64,000 nucleotides of DNA, from sequence record OP123707.1; one strand, written 5' to 3'. The position numbers and the translations under genes were made by a program. The notes beneath the pieces were generated by a model. That model was not told the DNA's origin. It made no database searches and saw only the letters and a list, made by a program, of their open reading frames with translations. Shown here in pieces: positions 1 to 10,564 of this stretch (position 1 is the first letter of the stretch; every line of letters begins with the position of its first letter).

Positions 1-1359
1 CTCATCTTTACCACCACGACCTTTGGTTCCCCAAATGTAACCGTGTTCCGCGGCAATGAACGATAGCTCATTAGAGATACACTTCGGTTGAGATGGGTAA
101 TCAAAGAACTCAGTAGACTTAAGCAATAAAGGTAAGTTCAGAGACACGTCGTTAGTTTTCTCATCCATCTCTTCGATGACTAAGTTGTCTGAGATGTTGT
201 ACATGCAGTATTCGAACTTGGCGTTCTTTTGCATCCAGATGTGCCACGCTGCTTTACCTTGTGTTAGGTGATTGCCTTTCTTAGTGTAAAGCTTACCCTC
301 AATCCCGTTGTCTTGTGCTGTGAACTCCAGACCGTAAGATTCTTTCTTACCTTTCGGTGCATTCTTAATCGCGTAGAAACTGGCTCCGTCCAACCATTGC
401 CATTTCGCCGCTGCACGAACCGTAGGGTAGCGTTCTTGCCATTCTAGTGGTTGAGTGTCGCCGTTCTCTTTACGTTTGTGTGTGCGTCCCTCATCGAACT
501 TATAGTAACGGAATTCTTGAGGAATACTAGGGTCCGTGTAGACTTCTTCTAGGTTACGGTTGCCCATCAATAGCGCATGCTCATTACGCTGCATATCGTA
601 GGCCGCGTTCCAAGAACTGATGAAGTCTGGTTCCCACATGTGCCACACTTTGATGTTGTTTTCCACACACTGCGTTTGATTATCGACAATTTCGTAATGA
701 ACAGTCGCACCACGTTTGGCCAAACGTTCCCCGATCAACTCTTGCTCTGATTCCTTAAGTCCTTTCATGATGTCTTCATCAGACATGCCATTAAAGAAAC
801 TACGAACCACAGCAAAGTAGATGTGTTTCTTGAACGTAGTGGAAGCCATGATAACGTCTTCACCATTGCCATTGACCATATCGGTCTCCACGTCGTATGC
901 TGCCATGGTGGACGCTTCGGTTTCTTGGAACTCTTCATAACGTTCAAAGTATTTGTGTTTGATCAATACAGGAACCGGAGTTTCACAACCAAAAACGTAA
1001 GGGTTGTTTTTCATCATCATTAAGTCGGCATTGCGATCATTGATCCCGTGTAAGACTCGTTTGATGCTCATGGCTAATCGTGCTTGTGTAGACTTGTACT
1101 CTTTCACTAAGCGTTTGTCGATGTAATCTTTTTTCTGCTCAAACTTACGAAACTTTTCACGAACAATGTAGAAGCTGCGAACGTAATCCGCGACCTTTAA
1201 AAACTGGTTGGTGCGTTCACCGTTTTCATGGATGGTGGTTTGTTTGATGAACGTCATATCCTTAAGCTTGTCTCGCTTAGAAGGAACGTATACGGCGTGT
1301 TTACACACTTTTCCTTTAACAGGAGATTCGCTCGAAGGCGCGGTGTAGCTATAATTCAT
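1..1359 (-). CDS. Split family-B DNA polymerase, 3'-5' exonuclease-bearing subunit (phiKZ gp82-like); 3' end runs off the window
   Basis: Translated by hand: open from ATG at 1359 (GGAAGG upstream) to base 1, 453 codons without a stop. Contains ExoI AAYDVETD, ExoII FISSWNAAYDMQR and ExoIII YCMYNISD motifs. Lies just before the head-protein cluster as in phiKZ. Confidence 0.85.
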   Translation of the reverse strand, partial: MNYSYTAPSSESPVKGKVCKHAVYVPSKRDKLKDMTFIKQTTIHENGERTNQFLKVADYVRSFYIVREKFRKFEQKKDYIDKRLVKEYKSTQARLAMSIKRVLHGINDRNADLMMMKNNPYVFGCETPVPVLIKHKYFERYEEFQETEASTMAAYDVETDMVNGNGEDVIMASTTFKKHIYFAVVRSFFNGMSDEDIMKGLKESEQELIGERLAKRGATVHYEIVDNQTQCVENNIKVWHMWEPDFISSWNAAYDMQRNEHALLMGNRNLEEVYTDPSIPQEFRYYKFDEGRTHKRKENGDTQPLEWQERYPTVRAAAKWQWLDGASFYAIKNAPKGKKESYGLEFTAQDNGIEGKLYTKKGNHLTQGKAAWHIWMQKNAKFEYCMYNISDNLVIEEMDEKTNDVSLNLPLLLKSTEFFDYPSQPKCISNELSFIAAEHGYIWGTKGRGGKDE

Positions 1360-1442
1360 TTCAGCCTTCCTCATTTTATGACTGGATTCTATTTAGGTCT
1401 AGTATAATGCGCATTGTAGTAAATTTTAAAAGGTAATCCAAA

Positions 1443-2774
1443 ATGATTAACAATAAATTCCTTGCTCCTCAATTACGTGTAGCGGGTTTAGAGTTCATGG
1501 ATTTCCAATCTAAAGACTTCTTTAACGAAATGTCTGCTTTGTTTAAGGACCTAGTTGTCGACGGACAATTGGAAGATATCCCACGTAGCGTTCATGAGTG
1601 TATCAAGAAGTATTGTGGATTTGAAAATCTTAAGTTCAACTTACTCGATTACGGTAACCTAGCAATTGATACGGGTTACGTGTCTCCAGGTAATATCCTT
1701 AATTCTAAGGGTATCGAGTATTTCTTCCCTAAAGGTCAAACCAACCTTTACCGCTGGTTCACTCAAAACCAAAGTAATTTCTTACGTGGTTCGATCGACT
1801 TTAAAACGGGTAAAGTGGGTGGCGCTTACGCAACCATGCCGTTTGAACTCTACATCAACATGAATCTGAAAGACTTCATGGGTAAAGGTCTGGATGACCA
1901 AACCATGGCAGACATGTTGGTTTGTTTCTTAACCCACGAACTCGGTCACGCGTTCTCAGGCATCTTTGCTATCCATCGTTTCTTAATGGACTCTTACGCC
2001 ATTAGCTCTGCGGTTCACTTCTTGAGTAATCAAGAATACGGTCAGACTGAAGTGGCCATCTACAAAGACGCACTGAAGCTCTTGGAAATTGAAGAACGTC
2101 AAGTAAAAGATTTACAGAAGATTGCCGAATCCGGCGATCAAGAAGTGATCGTTACGTCTTTAGTGAAGTTGTCACGTCAACGCACCCAAATGAACTCTCA
2201 GTCACTGGGTGTGGATGAGATGAACTCGGAAGTATTGGCGGACGTTTATGCTATTCGTATGGGTTGTGATAAACACATGATCGAAGGTCTAAAACGCATC
2301 GATCAAGAAATGTACCGCGGTTGTGGTATCCAGATTCTGTTCAGTTCACTTATCGGCGGTATGATGTTCTTATCAGTTATCCCATCAATGATCGCGTTTG
2401 GTGCGGGTGCGTTGCTTGTACTGTTCATTACTGGACTGTTGATGTTCGATGACACCATGAACTCAGGCATTTACGACACGTCTTACCGACGTATGCTGAA
2501 CGTGCATCAAGAACAGATTGCTCGATTAAAACAAAGCAAGTTCATTTCTGATTCAGACAAACGTAAGATGTTGGTTGATCTGGACAAAGGTCTGAAAACC
2601 GTTAAAGAACAAAAGCCGTTCTTCGAAGACACGGGTGTTCAACGTTTCATGGGTTGGATGATGGGTTCGGGTACTCCTCGTTTTGACTCGGTCGAGCACT
2701 ACACCAAAATCATGCTTAACAACGAGATGTCGATTGTTAATGCGAAAATTCAATTACTAGGCACTGGAGCATAA
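1443..2774 (+). CDS. Virion head protein with zincin-like HEXXH motif (phiKZ gp84-like), putative metalloprotease
   Basis: LTHELGH plus downstream NSEVLADVYA, a hydrophobic stretch at about aa 295-335, and an N-terminal AGLE cleavage-type site. Synteny and size. Confidence 0.6.
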   Translation: MINNKFLAPQLRVAGLEFMDFQSKDFFNEMSALFKDLVVDGQLEDIPRSVHECIKKYCGFENLKFNLLDYGNLAIDTGYVSPGNILNSKGIEYFFPKGQTNLYRWFTQNQSNFLRGSIDFKTGKVGGAYATMPFELYINMNLKDFMGKGLDDQTMADMLVCFLTHELGHAFSGIFAIHRFLMDSYAISSAVHFLSNQEYGQTEVAIYKDALKLLEIEERQVKDLQKIAESGDQEVIVTSLVKLSRQRTQMNSQSLGVDEMNSEVLADVYAIRMGCDKHMIEGLKRIDQEMYRGCGIQILFSSLIGGMMFLSVIPSMIAFGAGALLVLFITGLLMFDDTMNSGIYDTSYRRMLNVHQEQIARLKQSKFISDSDKRKMLVDLDKGLKTVKEQKPFFEDTGVQRFMGWMMGSGTPRFDSVEHYTKIMLNNEMSIVNAKIQLLGTGA

Positions 2775-2776
2775 TC

Positions 2777-3181
2777 ATGTCCCACTTAAAACACATCATT
2801 GCTTTAAACGCGAAGCTAATCGAAGAAGGCATTACGTGTCCTGAGAAACACAACGCCATCACCACTAGTGCGGTAGTACGTGCGGTTGTAGGTTACTCTT
2901 ACATGACAGGTGGTGTAGACGGTCCTTCAATGACTCCTGAAGCATCAGAGCGCATGGAGCGCACTGTAGGCATGTGGAACGAAGTTTCTCCTCTAGACTA
3001 CGAAGCGATCTTTGATCAAGTCCGTGCAGTGTTCCAACGTCTGTACAACCAAGCGGTAGCAGGTGGTAAGTTCACTCCAATCGTTGTTGAAGACGGTGTG
3101 GATTTCGACCCAATGACCATCCCTGAATTCGAAGCCACGTTCAAAGCTCTGCTTACTGAAATGATCGAATACAACAAATAA
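2777..3181 (+). CDS. Small virion protein (phiKZ gp85-like)
   Basis: 134-aa ORF coupled to the previous gene; synteny and size only. Confidence 0.55.
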   Translation: MSHLKHIIALNAKLIEEGITCPEKHNAITTSAVVRAVVGYSYMTGGVDGPSMTPEASERMERTVGMWNEVSPLDYEAIFDQVRAVFQRLYNQAVAGGKFTPIVVEDGVDFDPMTIPEFEATFKALLTEMIEYNK

Positions 3182-3192
3182 GGAAACCTATC

Positions 3193-4647
3193 ATGAGTAA
3201 GTCTCCTAACTTTGTAGAAATGGGTACACCCAAAACAGTTGGTGTTGCTAACACCAGCGGTACTCAGCTGATCGATCTGGATGAAACGTACGAAGACAAA
3301 TCCAACCCAGAAGAAGTAGAAGCGTTAACTGAATACTTAAAGACGGGTAAGTTGTCTAAGAAAGCCTTGGCAAGTGCGAAGGTGGACGGCATGGAACGTT
3401 TCGAACCAGGGACCACAACACTGAACGGTTTGTTAGGCGGTGAGTCTTTCCTCGAAACCATGAAACAAGGTGTCGTAGACTTTGTTAAATGGATCATCAA
3501 CATCCTTAACGGCATTGCACGTTGGTTTAAAGGTCGTATAAAGGGCATCGTTGATTTCTTCAGTGATTCTCGTGAACTAGCCAAATCAGACGCCATGATT
3601 CGTGAGATCGAAACCAAGCTGGTTGAAATGGGCGGTCCTGCGTTTAACATCATTGACGCTGAAGACCTCTTCGGTAAAAATCCAGTAAGCACACGTAAAC
3701 TCCAAGTCATTCATACACTTCGTACTCGTAACCAAGATACGTTGGCGGCAGCAGCAAAACTGGAAGAGATGATTCCGGTCATCAAAGACTTCATTGCTGA
3801 GATCTCTCGTCACCGTGGTAACGTGGAGCGTGCTCATGATCGTGTGTCTAAGGCAACAGGTCATCTTCGTAAACGTGCTAAAGATAACTCTTTAACGCAC
3901 GGCGATCTTAAGAACTGGCAAGCCGCGGTAACGGATACGATCTCACAATCTCTGATGACACACAAGCTGCAAGGTTTGTACGTGAAATTGGTTAAGATGA
4001 TGACGGACCGCAGTGCGGGTAACTTGGATGGTGAGAAACTGTTCCAAGCATCAACGAAGATGATGAAAGAACTTGCTACTGTTACAAAAGACACCGTATC
4101 AGTGAAGAACTTTTCTGAGCTGTCTAGCTTAGGTGGCCGACTTCGTAAAAAGGTAGCCGAGAACCCAGATCAGTTCCAAGTAGAATTGGATACGTCGGAT
4201 CTTAGCAAACTGGACGATCTAGTGAAACTGGATGACCTAGGTTTCATTACTGAAGTCAGCTCACGTTTCGGTGATAACAACATCGTAGCGACTTACCGCA
4301 TGTTTGCGGCTAACGCAGGCAGCTACTCTAATACACTTCAGAAGTGTGTGGAAACAGCATTGATGTTTAACAACGAGATCACCTACATTTCTGAATGGTC
4401 TCAGCGTTATGAGTTCATCCTTGCAGTGTACTCGCTAGCGGAAGCCAAAGACCGTAACGAACTTCGTGGTAAGTTAAAGGCCGAAATTGGTGTGGAAGTC
4501 GCGAATGGTATTATGGATGGCGTCTCTGATGACACTATGTCTCCTCATGAGCGCAATATCTATAAAGCTTACGGGGTTCTTTTGCCGAACGTGAAACGTA
4601 CCATGAATGAACTTTCTCGTCGTCTGAAAGTGGGAGTCAAAGTCTAA
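3193..4647 (+). CDS. Inner head protein (phiKZ gp86-like), protease-processed
   Basis: Acidic N-terminus with DGME and GGE sites, followed by the amphipathic helix SFLETMKQGVVDFVKWIINIL shared with the inner-head family. Confidence 0.65.
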   Translation: MSKSPNFVEMGTPKTVGVANTSGTQLIDLDETYEDKSNPEEVEALTEYLKTGKLSKKALASAKVDGMERFEPGTTTLNGLLGGESFLETMKQGVVDFVKWIINILNGIARWFKGRIKGIVDFFSDSRELAKSDAMIREIETKLVEMGGPAFNIIDAEDLFGKNPVSTRKLQVIHTLRTRNQDTLAAAAKLEEMIPVIKDFIAEISRHRGNVERAHDRVSKATGHLRKRAKDNSLTHGDLKNWQAAVTDTISQSLMTHKLQGLYVKLVKMMTDRSAGNLDGEKLFQASTKMMKELATVTKDTVSVKNFSELSSLGGRLRKKVAENPDQFQVELDTSDLSKLDDLVKLDDLGFITEVSSRFGDNNIVATYRMFAANAGSYSNTLQKCVETALMFNNEITYISEWSQRYEFILAVYSLAEAKDRNELRGKLKAEIGVEVANGIMDGVSDDTMSPHERNIYKAYGVLLPNVKRTMNELSRRLKVGVKV

Positions 4648-5369
4648 TGATTCGTGAGATTAACAAACAGTACCGTGAACTTCGTAAAAGTGTGCGTGGT
4701 TGGGAACCGGAAGTAACCGAGTTTTCCGACAAAGTGAGTGATCTGTTCGAAGCACTTAAGAAGCCAGTAGACCTGGAAAGTGTTTTAGCGATGGCTAAGT
4801 TTGCAGAAGCACTTCCGAGTGAAATCCGTGAACTGAAGTTACGTTGTACTAAACACGCTTCCCACGTTAATGGTGATACCTTCCGTTACAGTGTGCGTTT
4901 GCGCAGCAACAATGGTTTCGTGGACATCAACACGCTGAACGCCGGTCAACGTATTCTGAAACAATACTACGATCTAGCGGAACAGATGATCAAGTACACG
5001 CTTAAGGAACTAGAAAGCGACCTTACTGAGACCAACGCCCATAAAGCCGTGTGTCTTCATCGTGATGTTGCTCGTTTCCATGCTTACTTGGAGACGTCTT
5101 CTTTCGAAGAGATTGTTTGGGAAAAACTGGAACCTCAAGGCGATTACTTGACAGACGGTTATTCACTGGAAGCTTGTAAGACTTGCATCGTGGATGTTGC
5201 TAAACGTAAAACGGTCCAAGGACTGTACTTGTGGGATTTGAAGTGGGACGTAGAACGTATCCTTCGTATGATCCATGCAATGGAGTCTTTGGTAGCACGC
5301 ATTGCTATCTTCGGTGTGGCTCGACTTGAGTTAACCCCAGAACAATTGGATGCTATTGATCCACAATAA
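4647..5369 (+). CDS. Hypothetical protein
   Basis: 240-aa ORF with TAATG overlap to the previous gene, followed by a terminator. Confidence 0.7.
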   Translation: MIREINKQYRELRKSVRGWEPEVTEFSDKVSDLFEALKKPVDLESVLAMAKFAEALPSEIRELKLRCTKHASHVNGDTFRYSVRLRSNNGFVDINTLNAGQRILKQYYDLAEQMIKYTLKELESDLTETNAHKAVCLHRDVARFHAYLETSSFEEIVWEKLEPQGDYLTDGYSLEACKTCIVDVAKRKTVQGLYLWDLKWDVERILRMIHAMESLVARIAIFGVARLELTPEQLDAIDPQ

Positions 5370-5376
5370 GCAAATA

Positions 5377-5409
5377 AAGTACTCCTACCCTTAGCGGGTA
5401 GGAGTACTT
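5377..5409. terminator. Bidirectional intrinsic terminator (ACTCCTACC family)
   Basis: 14-bp stem AAGTACTCCTACCC/GGGTAGGAGTACTT, loop TTAGC, A-rich left and T-rich right flanks, between convergent genes. Confidence 0.85.
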
Positions 5410-5416
5410 ATTCGTT

Positions 5417-8338
5417 TTATTTATTTTTGTAGTGTGCAAGGAACGCATAAGAGATAGCGTCTTTAACACTCGATACACCATCGCCGGCATTTTCCATTCG
5501 TTTACGAACAGAGAAACTGGTTGTGGTATCCAAGTTAGACACTACATCAATCTCTTGGTTATCCGCCAAGGCATTCAAACGAAGATCCACTACGTCACTC
5601 GGTAATGCATCTTTCAGTGCACGCACGATCTCATTATTAGACACCGTAGGGTTTTGCAACATCTGGTTGATTACATTAGAGGTGATCGATTTCAGCGCTG
5701 GACGAATCGTGTCACTACGCACACCCGCTGGCGTTAGGTAGAAGACCACGTTAAACGCTAAGTCAGCACGGACCTTAGTTTCGAACTGTGAGTTCATGAC
5801 CACGTTGATCAGACCCAGTTTCACTTTAGGAGCGAACATCAAGTCGGTTTTATCTCGCATTTGACTCTCAAAGTTTGCCAAGTCCTGCATGACCACATCG
5901 GTGATGTACGCTTTAGTGCGACGGGCATAATCCAAGTCGTACTCATCGTTAGAGAAATGGTAGTTGCCATCGAAACACACGAAGTCCATGTAGTACTTCA
6001 GTTCGTTGCCTTTCAGTTTGATCGGGTTATCGAACTCATCTTTCACCAAGGAGTTCTTGTAGTGCAGTATGATCGGTTCCCCGTTCTCATTCAGCATCAC
6101 TTCCCCAGCTCGATGTTCTAATACCAGACGACCATCTTCAAAAACGTATTTCCCGTCTTCCCCGCGCTTGAACGTATCTTCCGGCCACGTTTCTGGAACG
6201 TCTTCTTCATAACGCTGGTATTGTGCATCCCCTAACACCGGATGGGCGCGGTGATACAAGTTGTTTAGCGTTTTACCAAAGATCAGATCGTAACCCACTT
6301 CAATCAAACACGTCATGCTGGTCGGGTATAAAGCTGGATCGATCAACAAATCCTGTTCGGTTTGTTTCTCACCTTCCGAACCTTCTACCAAGAACAGTAC
6401 GCGGATGTCAGATTTCAATTCCGCTTTCACACTGGAGATAGGACGGCTGAACATGAACATATTCGTGAAGTTCAATAGATCACGAGAATCCACGTCAAAG
6501 TTGGAATGCAGTTCAAAAGACCAAATGCGATCATTGTCCGCATTACGACCTAAGATACCACCTTTAAGCGTCGCTATGTCATTCGAGTCTGCTGGACTGA
6601 AGTACAGCTGCGCACCTACTTTCTCGTCTGACATATTACGGTAGTTATCGTCACCACGAGTCACCATGATGATGCGGTAACCGGTTTCACGATGTTCCAC
6701 TAAAATAGATTGGACAGACAACTCAATACCTAGCGTATCTTTCTCATACAAGAAGTTTTGATTGTCGTATTTAGGAATATCCAAGAGATAAGGGCGAACC
6801 TTAACCGTACCACCGGTGACGTCCAGAACGGTATGGAAAGGAGAGTACACCAACATATGGTTATTAATGTAATCCAAACGCTCATCCGAGGACATTTCAT
6901 TGATCACGTCAATCTGAGTCTTAGGAAGAATACGAGTCCCGGTGTCCGTAACATCAAAGACTGTGCCTGGTGGGAGGGTAATACGACTGTCGTTATCGTA
7001 GACCACACCAGAGTCCCGCAGCTCGTCCATGGAGTACATCACACTTGAGATGTAAGCATTCACACTCTTAACTGCGTTGTCCGCATCTGTGTACGTTGGG
7101 AGCTCACGAGTCACCTGGTACAAACGGTTAGTGTAAACGTCGATCAGTTTTGTGGCGGAATACCCGTAAGAACTCAAGTACCCACTCAGCTGGTTCTCAG
7201 AGATCGGAATAGATTGACGACGTGCATTATGAATCGCTTCATTCTTAAGTTGCAAGAATGAACGTGGATTACCACCACCCGTTACTTCCGATTGGATCTC
7301 CCAAGCTGAGTTGTTTACTTCACGAATAGGTGCGGCGTAACGGTCCAGCTTATTGGCGTCGTAATCGTAATCCAAATACGTCGGCATGTGCGTATGGGAA
7401 CGCAATGTCGTCATGTCTTGTTCATAAGCTCCTTTGGTCGTGTAAACCACTAAGGTTACGACACCGATACCTTTACCATTACTGATGAAGGTTTCCGGGA
7501 TAGAGTAGACGAAGTTTTGATTGTCTTGGTCGACGTCGACTGTCAATGTCACCTCATCTTGGTTAAAGACTTGGTTGTTGTACGCGATACGTAATTCACG
7601 CGTTTCACCATTGGTTGGCTTCAACCAAGCACGGACACCAAACAACTTATCTTTGAAGTTGTACGTTTCCTTTAAACCCGCAGACGGTGTAACCGCAATC
7701 TTACGTTTGGTCTCACCACGCAATTGTTTAACAGGAATATCCACGTACAAGTATTCTTGATCTAAGATGTTCACCGTACGACGCTCTAATGAGTTCGTAG
7801 TGATGTTAAAGTAAGGGTGTTGAGTCTTAGAGTCGTAAACCACCTGAACGTGTCCAGCTTCCATTAAGCGGAACTCAATCGCGTGAACAATGCTGAACGG
7901 CACACCATAGACTTCAATGATGGAATCTTTTGGCATCGTCAGTTTACGGTAACGGTTAATTACTGTACCGGATTGTTCTTCGTACTCCACCGCCAGGCGA
8001 CGGATTTCAGCGATCGGTAGAGAGTAACGCATGATCGCTTCACTCGGGTAACCGAACAGACCGTAAAACTCATAGTCACTCATGTGACGGAATAAGTCCG
8101 ACGGTGTACGAGCGTGTTCACGGTAAAGACGAGACTCCACATCACCAATGCGGTTGATCAAACCGGCGGATTCTGAACAGATGGTGTCCAACGCTCTTAC
8201 AAAAGGATGTGATGAACTTTCGAACTTCACACGTTGCCCACCAAATGCTTCTGCTGTACGATCGAGTACTAAAGAAATAGCACGACCGGGGTTGTTCGCA
8301 ATTCGGTTTAATTCATCATAGGTTAATTCACCGTTCAT
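5417..8338 (-). CDS. Large virion structural protein, probable baseplate wedge (phiKZ gp87-like)
   Basis: 973 aa, beta-rich, reverse-strand pair with the next gene as in phiKZ gp87/88; synteny and size. Confidence 0.65.
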   Translation of the reverse strand: MNGELTYDELNRIANNPGRAISLVLDRTAEAFGGQRVKFESSSHPFVRALDTICSESAGLINRIGDVESRLYREHARTPSDLFRHMSDYEFYGLFGYPSEAIMRYSLPIAEIRRLAVEYEEQSGTVINRYRKLTMPKDSIIEVYGVPFSIVHAIEFRLMEAGHVQVVYDSKTQHPYFNITTNSLERRTVNILDQEYLYVDIPVKQLRGETKRKIAVTPSAGLKETYNFKDKLFGVRAWLKPTNGETRELRIAYNNQVFNQDEVTLTVDVDQDNQNFVYSIPETFISNGKGIGVVTLVVYTTKGAYEQDMTTLRSHTHMPTYLDYDYDANKLDRYAAPIREVNNSAWEIQSEVTGGGNPRSFLQLKNEAIHNARRQSIPISENQLSGYLSSYGYSATKLIDVYTNRLYQVTRELPTYTDADNAVKSVNAYISSVMYSMDELRDSGVVYDNDSRITLPPGTVFDVTDTGTRILPKTQIDVINEMSSDERLDYINNHMLVYSPFHTVLDVTGGTVKVRPYLLDIPKYDNQNFLYEKDTLGIELSVQSILVEHRETGYRIIMVTRGDDNYRNMSDEKVGAQLYFSPADSNDIATLKGGILGRNADNDRIWSFELHSNFDVDSRDLLNFTNMFMFSRPISSVKAELKSDIRVLFLVEGSEGEKQTEQDLLIDPALYPTSMTCLIEVGYDLIFGKTLNNLYHRAHPVLGDAQYQRYEEDVPETWPEDTFKRGEDGKYVFEDGRLVLEHRAGEVMLNENGEPIILHYKNSLVKDEFDNPIKLKGNELKYYMDFVCFDGNYHFSNDEYDLDYARRTKAYITDVVMQDLANFESQMRDKTDLMFAPKVKLGLINVVMNSQFETKVRADLAFNVVFYLTPAGVRSDTIRPALKSITSNVINQMLQNPTVSNNEIVRALKDALPSDVVDLRLNALADNQEIDVVSNLDTTTSFSVRKRMENAGDGVSSVKDAISYAFLAHYKNK

Positions 8339-9377
8339 CAGGTACCCACCATTCTAGTTCCATGGTTGCTACGTTTATCCATGGGTAAGCTTTAAAGTTG
8401 TAATCTAAGAACTCAGTGCGATCGAGTTTACGATAAAGTCGTTGACGTTTACCATCTGCCATATCGGGATTAAACTTGATCGTTGAGCCGTTGAAACCAT
8501 CCACACATTCGAAAGTGTCAGCGCGAGCACCAATGGATTTAAATTGGATGTCGAACGTATCCTGTCCAGGACCACGTCGCCCACCTTGAGTTAAATCAAT
8601 GCTGGCTAAACTTCCCTGAGGGTGAGTAGATGGAACCGAACTCAAAGTCATATAGATCGATTCGATGTTCACCATGTTCGGGTTCATGAACAGGTGATAG
8701 ATACGGGTATCAAAGTCCCAGTAGTTTTGGTATTGCGCTTCCCAGTACGGCTCCATCCCATGATCCCCTAAACGGACTTCAGGAATGTAATGTTCCCAAA
8801 CCCCGAATAAATAAGGAAGGATGCCACCCTTAACGTTTTTGTAAGACTGGTTGATGGTCAGTGCACCATTGGTTTCCATAATGCCTTCCATCCATTGGTA
8901 AACCTCTTGACGAATACCAGGTTGGGTGGTGCTGTTTTCTAACTCCAGGTCTGGGAACCCATCCGACTTTTGGAGTAAGTTGGTCAACAGTGGCATCCAG
9001 GCATTAAGGTTATCTAACGCTGGGTGATTGTAAGTACGACCTACTCGGTAGTCCAGTAACCCACGAATATACCCACCTAATGAGTTGGAGTCCGCTTTGA
9101 ACAATTTGGCAAACCGAGGGGATTTGGAAACGTTCTCATCGCTGAGATTCAACATTGGTCTGGGGATAAACATTAATCCTATGGTGTCATCAGCCATAGG
9201 CGCGAGTTGTATGCCGTTACCCAATATTTTTATGCCATGTAAAATATTGCCCAACGGACTAAGATAGCTGCCACCGCCATTTTCCTTGAAGATATCGTTT
9301 AACCAAATTTTTACCTTTGGATCGACTTCTCCAGTAAAGGGGTTGAGCTTATCTGGTTGCTTGTCAATTTCATCCAT
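8328..9377 (-). CDS. Virion structural protein (phiKZ gp88-like)
   Basis: 349 aa, overlaps the start of the 973-aa gene; synteny and size. Confidence 0.6.
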   Translation of the reverse strand: MDEIDKQPDKLNPFTGEVDPKVKIWLNDIFKENGGGSYLSPLGNILHGIKILGNGIQLAPMADDTIGLMFIPRPMLNLSDENVSKSPRFAKLFKADSNSLGGYIRGLLDYRVGRTYNHPALDNLNAWMPLLTNLLQKSDGFPDLELENSTTQPGIRQEVYQWMEGIMETNGALTINQSYKNVKGGILPYLFGVWEHYIPEVRLGDHGMEPYWEAQYQNYWDFDTRIYHLFMNPNMVNIESIYMTLSSVPSTHPQGSLASIDLTQGGRRGPGQDTFDIQFKSIGARADTFECVDGFNGSTIKFNPDMADGKRQRLYRKLDRTEFLDYNFKAYPWINVATMELEWWVPDER

Positions 9378-9415
9378 TTTAAATTCCTAATAACTTAACT
9401 TAAAGAGAAACTATT

Positions 9416-10564
9416 ATGAGTACTTTTATCGGTCTTGGCACCGCTTTGCTGAGTTTGATCGGTAGTAAAGAAGCCGAGAATCTCGTAGAAACTGTCGATG
9501 CTAGCATTAAGCACGGCGGAGCAGGTTTAGCGACTGCCCAAGGTAACAGTGTTGTTACCGCTGCTCAAAAAACTATGATTCGCCCTATGGTTGTTGTAGA
9601 GCAATCAGTGGTACATCAGGACTATGCGTCCGACCTGATGACGATCATACAATTGCGTGATATTCAGGCAACTTTGACGCATTTACGCATGCAAGGTACC
9701 ATCGCTGGTCTGCAACTTGAGAAGTACATCGACCCTATTCGTCCTACTCGTAACATGGGTCGTCGCCTAGGCAGCTTCGGTGGTTTGGAGTCTTTTGGTG
9801 GCACACATCTAGTGAAACCGGAAGTTGAAGAGATCGCAGGTCAAGAAGCTCTGGACAACAAAGAACCAGAGAAAACACCAAACGGTGTGGTCATTGATTC
9901 TAAAGCAGCTCAAACGGTCCTGAGCGAATACACACCTTTAGCTCTAGGTCGTACTGTAGATGCACAAATTACCCTTGACGACAAAACCATCACGTTCCCG
10001 CTAACGTTCCGTCAGATCCCAGTTCCAATGGGTCCTCGTGACATCGAACGTATTTTCGACAACGCGAAAGGTGAAGACTCTTGGGGTACACGTTTTGATA
10101 AGTTAGACGTGGGTATGATCACTACACCTGAACTGCTTACTGGTCGTGACATCATCAAAGATAAGTTCCGTGTTCGCTTAGAAGATTTGAAAGCCAACAC
10201 CAACTATATCAACGACTCGATCAAGAACCAACGCAATCACGTTGCTAAAGCAGTAAGAACGGGTCAGATGTCCATGAACAACATGGCTAACACGTTCATC
10301 ATCACCGACACCACAGCTCGTCAAATCGAGTTGGCGACGGGTAAACGTTTTGATAACGTGTCTCAGCGTGAGTCTCTGTGGAAAGGTCTGCGTGCAAACA
10401 CTATCGTGATTTGTAATGAAGCGCGTGGTTTGTTTACGTTCTACACCATGGGCATCAAACTCCCTGAGCAGTACACTCGTAACGACATCAAACAGAAAGC
10501 GGCTAAAGAGTCTAGCGTAGGTTCTTTGGCGGACATCATGAAACTTCTTAACGGCGGTATGTAA
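9416..10564 (+). CDS. Inner body protein (phiKZ gp89-like)
   Basis: 382 aa; GGLE and AGQE sites near aa 125-145; synteny and size. Confidence 0.65.
   Translation: MSTFIGLGTALLSLIGSKEAENLVETVDASIKHGGAGLATAQGNSVVTAAQKTMIRPMVVVEQSVVHQDYASDLMTIIQLRDIQATLTHLRMQGTIAGLQLEKYIDPIRPTRNMGRRLGSFGGLESFGGTHLVKPEVEEIAGQEALDNKEPEKTPNGVVIDSKAAQTVLSEYTPLALGRTVDAQITLDDKTITFPLTFRQIPVPMGPRDIERIFDNAKGEDSWGTRFDKLDVGMITTPELLTGRDIIKDKFRVRLEDLKANTNYINDSIKNQRNHVAKAVRTGQMSMNNMANTFIITDTTARQIELATGKRFDNVSQRESLWKGLRANTIVICNEARGLFTFYTMGIKLPEQYTRNDIKQKAAKESSVGSLADIMKLLNGGM

Noticed and set aside
765-1023. Short ORFs 765..947 (-) and 823..1023 (+)
   Set aside because: They lie within the much longer polymerase exonuclease frame; shadow ORFs.
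1403-1408. TATAAT sigma70-like -10 box
   Set aside because: No credible -35 or extended -10, and these phages use their own RNA polymerases.
3264-4094. Antisense ORFs of 77-148 aa opposite the 484-aa gene
   Set aside because: No RBS or motifs; typical shadows of codon-biased genes.
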